Origin: the human T2T-CHM13v2.0 reference genome, Homo sapiens
DNA: 64,000 bases
NCBI RefSeq assembly: GCF_009914755.1
Contig: NC_060927.1
Direction: 5' to 3' (one strand)
The notes under the pieces are model-generated. The model had not been told where the DNA came from. It searched no databases and was given only the letters and a program-made list of their open reading frames with translations. Within the stretch, counting starts at the first letter, position 1. Each line of letters begins with the position of its first letter. Both the position numbers and the translations under genes were made by a program. Below are positions 55,295-64,000 of the stretch, piece by piece.

Positions 55295-55572
55295 GAAGGA
55301 TTTTCCAATGACCAGTGTGCAAAATTATTTTGAATGGCATAAGGTGAACATGGCTATTTATAGGTATGTATTTAACTGTATGTTAAAATATGTACAATTA
55401 GTATGTCAAACCTACTATTTCTAAGTTACAAGTAGTAGTATCTTAAGGATAAGTCGTTAAAATGAGTTTATTCAAAGTCTAGTAAAAAGAACAGGAGTAA
55501 ATACAAGTAGAGTCCAGATATGGCAAGAACCCTCAGAGGTAATATGGGAATGACTAACGTGTTGGAACACTG
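55295..55572. mobile_element. hAT-Charlie-like DNA transposon remnant
   Basis: AT-rich interior with hAT-like termini (ttttccaa ... ttggaacactg). Confidence 0.5.
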
Positions 55573-58489
55573 CCCGGGGGAATCTGAAATAGGAGAGCTC
55601 ATGGCTGAGAGGACACAGTTCCTTCTGAAAGCAGCCCATGTGTTCCATATGAGAAATTCAAATTCGTCTCATTAATAGAACTTGGACTCATTTTTCTGTC
55701 ACTAATATCCTTTTCATTTCAACAGACGTTAACCCTCAACCCCAATGCCAAAGTAAAACAGAAACACATCCTACACACATTTGACAGTCAGATCTTCCCT
55801 GCTAAAAACATCTTTTTTCTAATCCAGTGGGGTGGGGAGTAGGGTAATTGTCTTTATTTAAGGTCAAAGACTCAGGAAGGGGCAGAGCCAAGCGTCAGAC
55901 CTGAGTCTGTCTGGCTTTAGAGACCATGCCCTTTCTCCTACTTTGCTAGAGGAGCTGTAAAGTCTCTTCAAATTCTATAAAATCTATGACTTGAATTAAG
56001 GATATTTTAATTTTTCTCCATGCCCTTTGAAAAATAAAACTGACCTTATATTTTCCTGGGGCTGGCTGATTCCTTTAACTCTTGCAGGCATTTTAATTAG
56101 CATCAATTCCATGTATTCAAGGAAATGAATTTTTATTTCAAATGGTACAGGAACCTCTAGAGGGAAGAAAGGAAAAAAAAATTAGCAAATGGAATGTTCA
56201 GTGCTCAAAACTCTTTCTAATTTAAAAATGTAACATCATAAGTGCCTAAATTAAACAGCTAGGGTGCTGTGCAATACTAATAGTGTATCCTTTAGTCTGC
56301 AGCAGCAGTGGCAGACAAAGGCTGGAAAAAAAGCAGACAAGAGCCCTCCCCAGTGTCTGTGCCCCCAAGTTATACTGTCAGGGGGCTCTCCTTGAATATG
56401 GAAATTGGCAATTTTCTGAAGTCTGTTGAGCACACTGTCTTCTGCTTTGTCAGAGGTTTCACTCATAGCAAACTGACTTTCCGTAAATTACGTTATAATA
56501 CGTCAAGGATCGTACTGCAGCCAGGGCTTTGTAGTCATTGCTGGAACCAGCAGGAGTCAGTGGGACTTCAAGGTCTCAAAATGACTTAAATTAAGACCAA
56601 GACTGATTATAGAACTTTAAGTAGATTTTATTGATGGCATGATGCTCTCAGCTTGTGAGAGTCTTGTAGTATTCTTAACCCTTCAAGAGTCTTTCACAAA
56701 GATTCTACTAACTTAATTTCTCTACCCCTTTCTGATTAGTTCTGTCTCTCCCTCAACACCGTACCAGAGCTGCTCATATATTAAGGATGTCTGGGGGCTA
56801 GGAGCGTTAATGGCAGTGAGAATATTAATAGAGTGGTAGAACAAATAATAACTCATAACATTGACTTTTGTTCTGAAAGTTCTTCAGGAGCTACTGTCGT
56901 GGGGAGGACAGTTTCTGAAAAGCTGCCTTGTCAAGTGGGTATGGCCCTCCTTTATTTCGATACTCCAGATTGCTTAACCATATTCTTTGATGCCCTCAGG
57001 CCAAATATCCAAAATTAAAAATTACTTAGCTCTTACATACCTGTAGTTAACAGGGACATTGTATATGAATGTTTAACCCAGGAAAGCTCAGTGCCATTAG
57101 TGGAGAACTGGAGGAAGCAGTTGGCTATCTACAATTACTCCACTTCTGATCACGTCATGCATTTTCTATCCTACATAATAATTTGGATCAGGCTTTGGCA
57201 TAACTACTATTATTCTATTCCAACTACAAACATCCCCAGTTCTCATAAAGTGTATGGAGACTTTTCCTGCATCCTGATTATGAGTATTGGTCACATGACA
57301 CTAAATTTTCTGCACAAAATGAGAGAGGAAGAGTGCTTGGAAGCAAACACCTGGGGTATTGGGACCATGTCAGTGACCAGTGACGAACATCTGTGTCTCT
57401 TTAGTGCTATGTTTTCAAGGACGGTGACAGCCATTCCAAACCCCGTAAATTAGTGTTAGGACGCGCAAGTAATTGAGTTACAAGCTGGCACCCACACTGT
57501 TGGTGAGTGGGTAGCTGTTTGTTTGTCTGTGATGGGCTCTTGTTTGCAGTGATTGTGCAGTTTTGTCAAGTTGCTCTCCTAGGAGATAAAGCACAATGGG
57601 TAGAAGAGGAAATTTAAGGACACTGGATGATGATTTACTCAGCTTCTTGGAAAAACAAGAGCGCCTTTCTCAGAAAAGATTCTAAGGGAAAGTAATTTGA
57701 TTTTACCAAATGACTGCAAAGCCCAGTTTTAGAGTTCTCTGCTTCATCATCCTCATGCCTTCCTGATCCTGAAATCTCATTTTCTCTTCAGTGTCCAGTG
57801 GTTTCATGCTGTCCCCAGCTCCCCAAACAGCAGAGGGCATAACTAATACTGCTTCTGACTGCTTCCTGTTTCCCTCTCTGGCCAATTCTATCTAATGCAA
57901 ATCATGTTCTGCTTAGAAGTTCCCAGCTTTTGCAGTGGAAGGTTTCCGATAATTCAATTGGTATTAATGGTTTATAATATGTTACATCTCTCAAGAGCAT
58001 TTGTGACGTGCCAGAGGATAAATGTCATCCTTGGAAGGGATGAAGCTCTGTTGGTAGATTTTGTGGCACTGGAAGTAAGGTGCTGGGAGAGAATATCTTG
58101 GCGGGAGTGCTTTCCTGCTATTGTGTTTTGTTTAATGATTTGTCCCCATTCTCATGACTACTCCTGGAGATAGTTATGAAGAATTCTTCTAGGTCATGAA
58201 CCAGGACCACATCAGCTGGGAACATTAGCTGGTCATGTGCTTCACTGCAGATAGAGATCCATCAAAGCCTCTTTTGAAAATGCCCAAAGCTAGATGTGGC
58301 CCATATGGGAAGCCTGGCAGTTGCCCCAGGCTCCTGATTCAGAGTTGATCTTATTTTATCTCACAAGGGCTCTGTGATCTCTTCGTCTGGAATAGGAGGC
58401 TGTGCTGTGGGGAAGAAAAGATAAAAAGAAGGAGTTCATATCCCCTTGGAATTAGGGTTCCGTGTGAAGAGACATGAAAGAGGCAGTAG

Positions 58490-58915
58490 GCAGAGTAGCT
58501 ATAGCCACAGCCTTGGTGTAGCCCGCTGGGTTCTAGTTCTTGCTCTGCCATTAACTCTGAGTGGGCAAATTCCTGACTAAACTTGGGTGCAGATCAACTC
58601 CTTTCTCTAAGCCTTGGTTTCTTCACTATAAGAACAGGTGTTGGACCAGCTTAGCTCTCAGAACTCTCCCAGCCCCAATATTGGGTACAATATTATAGAA
58701 TTATTTTGTCAAATGAGTGGACACTTTTTGAGTATTGATAATGTGCCAGGGGCTTTACATATATTTTTCTAATATAATAACAACTATATTATTACCTTCA
58801 CTTTATACATGAAGATGCTGAGCCTCAGAGGGTTTGGGTGACTTATGGAAGATCACAGAATGGAAGTACTGGGACTAGGGACTGCCTGTCTCCAAGCACA
58901 GTGGTCCTGTCCTCT
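58490..58915. mobile_element. MIR/MIR3 (+, 58490-58680) and MIR (-, 58710-58915)
   Basis: ctgggttctagttcttgctctgccattaac...ctctaagccttggtttc; atgtgccaggggctttacat...gctgagcctcagagggtt. Confidence 0.75.
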
Positions 58916-60782
58916 CTCTACCCTACTTTTAAACTGAGAGATTTAGCAGCCATTTGGTTTGGATTTTCTGTTGGCTTGCTACAGCACCCCCTGCTTTACT
59001 TTCAGCCTACCATTTTTCTTGCGATCACCTTGATGATAATAATGCTCACAGCAGCCAATATACTTCAGCTCTAACTATGTGCCCTTGAAGAGCTTACAAT
59101 CAAGTTGAGGAGATAAGACATACTAATATGAAACATTAGGTAAAAATCACACAAATCATTCAAATGCATACATAGTTGTATATGAAACCATGTTGTTCCC
59201 ACTCCATGTGCTTTCGAATTTTAGAAAAGAAAATGATGGGGGCGGTCAGAGAGCCCACGTATTACCTCCTCCTCTCAACTAGCGTCAATTGCAGTGCAGT
59301 TACTAGGCTGGAAGGTGCTGATATTAAAATCTACAGATGGGATCCATTGAATAATTTGTGTAGTTGTACATTTTTATTGTCACAGGTGTTTGGAGTTTTC
59401 AGTAAGTGATTTAAGATTAGGAGATAAAGAATGTAATTATTTCCCCCAAATGCAAATGGGCAGCTTTGATTACATTGGATGTGAGTTCTCGTATTTTTGT
59501 TCTCCATCTAAAATACAAATGAAAGTTTATTTCCTGCTATTCGTCCCAGAGAAATGAATTTTGTAAATGCCTATACAATGCCATGATATAAGACATTGGA
59601 CAGAGTATTCCTGAAAACAGCATTGGGGAGATAATACAAGCTGAATAAATCTGTCTATTCAGCATAACAGCCAAAAATGGTGAGACTGTAGAGTGAAGAA
59701 GCAGAGACAAAAAACAAAACAAAACAAAAAAACTTTATTTTATGCAAGCAGGAGAGCTAATTGGAGGTTTCAAGAATGCCACAAAGCAAACCACAGTAAG
59801 TATCACAACTCAGGTGGATACTTCTACAACCTGGTAGACACCTATTTCTGCAAATTCCTGTCATTTTTGTAACTACACCAGGCCTTCCACAATCCAAGTT
59901 GTAATCTTCTACCAACTTCTGCAAAGATGGTACAATCTGCAAAGTTAGAATAAGCCTTTTCCACACCATTAAATTTTAACATTTCACAAGTACTTGGCTA
60001 CTAACACAGCATTACTTTTAATGAGAAATCTCAAAGCTGATTTCTCACCAGCTGTCACTGTTGAATTGTTTGATGTTAAATCCTTCAGCAAGACTGAGGG
60101 AGACAGAGAAAGAGCTATATAGTGACATTAATTGCTTAATCAAAATATGTTAGTTTGGAAATGTATAGACATTGCATATTTACTATTTTGAAGGCAGTAA
60201 ATTTTTTTTGGCTGGAGATTTTATTCATTCCCCCGGCTTTAGAAGCAATTACTAAATACTCAAACATGTAATCTTCCCTGAATGCAGTTCACTGTTTTAT
60301 GGTAGACATGAAGTCTGTTGTCTGCCTCCCATCTGGTTTCCAAATATCTTATTCTATGGGATCTGAGTTACTGAGCTAGACTTTGTGCTCCTGAAAGTTT
60401 GTTATTTTATGTGAGAGCATTAGGAGTCTGAATGCTTCCCTAGGAGCAGGGGTGAGAGCTAAAATTGACTGGACAGCCATGTCAAAAAGAAAAGTGGAGA
60501 CACTGTCCAGGCCAGATCACAAATCCAGGCCTCTCCCACAGGCCCAACATACTTAAAGGTGAGATCACACACGGACATGGGAGGTGGTGAGAGGCATGGA
60601 TGGAGGTGGAGAGCCTGGTGATGTGCGTGCCAGATGCCACAGTCCAGAGAAGGACATGAGAATCTGCTGGTCCGTATGTGGCTCAATCTCACCCAATTGC
60701 AGTTTTCTCTCTTAGGGCAGATTTTAATAGAAGAGTGAAAGAGTAGTTGTCAGCTTTTAAGGAGCTCTCCTAGAAGTCCTAC

Positions 60783-61208
60783 TATATTAGCTTCCTAGGA
60801 CTGCTGTAACAAATTACCAGGAACTGCATGGCTTAAAACAACAGAAATTGATTCTGTGCTCTCAACTCTGGGGAGCAGGACTGGGTCCCCGGAAGGCTCT
60901 AGGGGAAAGTTTTTCCTGGCTTCTGGTAGCTTTTGGTGACTCCAGGCATTCCTTGGCTTGTGGCTGCATTGCTCTAATCTTTGCCTCCATCTTCACATGG
61001 CCTTCTCTTCTCCATGCATCTCTCCTTGGTGTCTTATAGGGACTCTTGTCATTGAATTGAAGGCCAGCTTGGATAATCCAGGATGATCTTGTTTCTAGAT
61101 TCTCAGCTAAAATACATCTGCAGAGACCCTTTTCCCAAAGAAGAACACATTCACAGCAGCCTGGATGTGGACCTATTTTGTCAGGGGGCCACTATTCAAC
61201 TCACTACA
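60783..61208 (-). mobile_element. MaLR solo LTR (MLT1C-like) nested in an older MLT1J/K-like LTR (~60600-61320)
   Basis: tattagcttcctaggactgctgtaacaaattacca...ggcttaaaacaacagaaatt...ccactattcaactcactaca. Flanks ttaaggagctctcctagaagtcc | catctcattggcaagaactg are older MLT1. Confidence 0.85.
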
Positions 61209-62689
61209 ACTTCCAAACTGCTGCTACTTTCATCTCATTGGCAAGAACTGGGTCCCATAGTCCCTCTGTCTGCAAGACAGAGTGAGAAGCTATATTTATA
61301 GTTGGATGCATTTCTGCTACAGAATTCCTCTCAGTGTAATGCTTCAGGTTCAGTTAGAGCTGGTACAGCAGATAAAATCTATTTGCCAACCCTGAAGAAA
61401 ATGGCAGTCACAGGTTAAGGGGTAAGTTGAATGCAGGAGTCAAAGATGGATTTAGGAGACTGGATCAGCTTCTGTTGGCCAGGCTCTGGGTCACCTGTAA
61501 GATGTTCCTGAGGCAGCAGCACATGCCCTCATGACCTACTTTCTCTGGCAGTGGGTAATCAGGTGTTGCAGGGCAATGGCTGGCAATGCTGGATGTTGGC
61601 CATCCTCTTTCTCCTTCGTTTTCCCTCCTCCTGGGAGGTCACATAGAGTTTTTTCCCTTCTATTTATCGTAGAAACTCTTGCCTACATACATGGGCTGGA
61701 TTACCCTTTTTAAAATCCAACATTATCCTCTGTAAGTTGCATTTCTCTTTTTTTTTTTTTTTGAACCATGCAACTTTTGTAAATTCCTTTTTTCTGAAAG
61801 TCCTAACCGTCTATTTATCCTGATGACTCCCCTCATCTATTGCTGTGAACTCCTTTCCTTCTTGACTTGACACAGGACATTTTTCTATTATTTCCCTCCT
61901 TCTCCCTCCCCTCCACCATAAAATGTAGAGTTTGCTCCGATCCCAATCCCCTTGGCTGTGGACTGTATCAAGGTATTACAATTACCATCTGCATCCCTAT
62001 GGCAATGCTACCTTATCTTCCACTTATTAACATAAGGCAGTGATCAAGAAAATGATTTAAAATGTTGCGTTCAGCATTCACTTTTAAACTCAAAAGATAC
62101 AAGGGAAGGACTGAACACTGTGGGATTCCCTTAAGTTCTCTTCAAAACATGACTTGGTGATAGAAAAATGTAAGTTTGCAGTCACTAGAAGGCTTTACTT
62201 TCTTTTGCTTTCCTAAATGTACTGATTACCCAGCCTCCCACACAGCCCACTGAGGATCCAGGCTGTGTGTGGGCCACACGCATAATCCTGTCTGTGGGTG
62301 GAGAATAATTTCACGCATGTGTACAGCAGAGGTGGGCTGTGAGGCTCACGTTCTAACACGCCGGGAGACGCATCATCAGCCAGAAGGCTGCTGTAGAGTG
62401 TTGGCAAGATTCCGTAAATCCTGAAGTGATGGTTCATAATGGCTCCAATGCCCATGTGTGAGTACAATCACCCTTCCATGCTCATGTTGTGCCCTCATGC
62501 TCCTGGAGAAGAAGTCAAGCCTGCCTTTATTGGTAGCATTGTTGCTGTCCCTTGTAATTAGGATATATCACTACAGGCCTGTGTGCAAAGCAGAGGGAAG
62601 GGCAAGGCTGTAGAGACCCTGGTTGGAAAGAAGCACCTGGTACACTGGGGTCACACTGGGTGGGCCTCACTCATGATGTTGGGAACTAT

Positions 62690-62820
62690 TGGTTACATGT
62701 CCTTTAACTATTTTTTTATTTGTAAAATGTGGTTGATAATGTCTACTTTATTAGGATTTGTATAAGAATAAATGAAGCCATGTTCCTGGTACATAATAGG
62801 CACTCAGTAAATTTGAGTTC
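62690..62820 (+). mobile_element. MIR 3' part
   Basis: tttgtaaaatg...cctggtacataataggcactcagtaaat. Confidence 0.7.
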
Positions 62821-63179
62821 TGTCCTCTACTCCTTTTCCCTACCCTCCAGTGGACTGCATAGTTTCATGCTGGCCATAGACTTACCCATTATTATTTTAT
62901 CAGCTAGTCACCAAGCAGTAATAGTAATATTCATATTGGTTATTACTGCATATGCCAGTGTACATGTACATTAAAATGTTTGTATGCATCTCATAGGAAT
63001 TCAGGAAAAGCTGAACCACCACTAGACATCAGGTTGGACAGACACTGAAGTCGCTCCCAGGTTGGGCAACTCTTATATGCCTCTTTCTCATGGTTCTCAA
63101 ATTTCCTTTGTTCATTTGTGTCTTTTGTTTTTTCTCCCAGCTAGTTTCCCTGTGTGAGCTTCATAATGGCTTTGGCTCT

Positions 63180-63565
63180 GTATACTAGTCAGAATAGCCC
63201 AAGTTACACTTTATAACAAATGACCTTCCAAGTCTCAATGGTATAATAAAATAAGAGTTTATTTGTCATTCTTGCAAAGCTTGGTGTGGGTTGTTGGTTT
63301 TCCAGGACAGATCTCTCCTAAGGCATGGTTCAGAGCTTCAGGCTGCTTCCATCTTATAACTATGTCATCTGGAACATATGGCCAAAGGGAAGGGGAGGAA
63401 ACGATGGAAAAGGCACAACTGCTTTTAACTGCGCTGGCCCAGAAGTGAAACAACTCAGTGCTGCTCATGGTCCGCTGGCCAGAACTAGTCATGTGACTGC
63501 AACTCAGTTGCAAGGGAGGCAGGGGCATGTAGGAGAGTACAGGGATGTTTGGGGAACATGAACTC
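63180..63565 (-). mobile_element. Old MaLR solo LTR (MLT1I/J/K-like)
   Basis: ataacaaatgacc...tctcaatgg...gtttattt; ggcccagaagtga...ctggccagaactagtcatgtg...tgcaagggaggc. Confidence 0.8.
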
Positions 63566-64000
63566 TCTCTTCCATACTCTGGGTCTACAAAGTCTTAAAT
63601 ATCTAGTGTCTATAGCTAAATTCTAACTTCTCTGAGGATTTCTTAGTTCAAATTCTTGATGAAAGAGGCCATTTTCTAGGTCCTAATTTCAAGTCAGACC
63701 ACACATGTCATACAGAGGTTGCTGGCTGGCAAATGGGCTTCCTATAAACTGCTGTCTACAGTTGGGCCAATCATTCGTGATAAGGAAGGACACCATCACA
63801 TGCATTGCTGCCTCCTTGGCAGGGGCTGTGTTAGGGACATGTTCTCGAAGACGGAGTTGTAGATGGAGTTGACATCCCCAAAGAGAAGTTGTACCAAGGG
63901 ACTTGCTCTGATCTCCCATGGACAATCTAGAACCAACAGTCCATGATTTGGGGGCAAGAAGCCTGTTGTGCTCAGACATTATTTCAGGCAGCCAAAAGCT

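Overview
This window is primate nuclear DNA, probably human or ape, as shown by AluJ/S/Y, a primate L1PA and a MER61 ERV1 LTR. It looks intergenic or deep-intronic. I find no credible cellular protein-coding exon, tRNA/rRNA, CpG-island promoter or CRISPR array. The only ORFs with recognisable proteins are frameshifted ORF1/ORF2 fragments of a dead, 5'-truncated ~4.3-kb L1PA on the minus strand (4123-8387). The rest is a mosaic of old repeats (MIR, L2, L1M, MaLR/ERVL LTRs, hAT and mariner MITEs) around repeat-free, motif-dense islands that may be enhancers. I cannot support a new multi-gene biological system here. The most unusual signals are: a ~100-bp two-part permuted copy of nearby sequence inserted inside a MIR; a helically phased 5x CAGGTG E-box cluster that is also a hairpin; a perfect 36-bp tandem duplication in an ancient L1; a MER61 LTR nested in an AluJ; and several candidate regulatory elements. 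Repeat subfamily calls come from recalled consensus sequences, and boundaries of old repeats are approximate.
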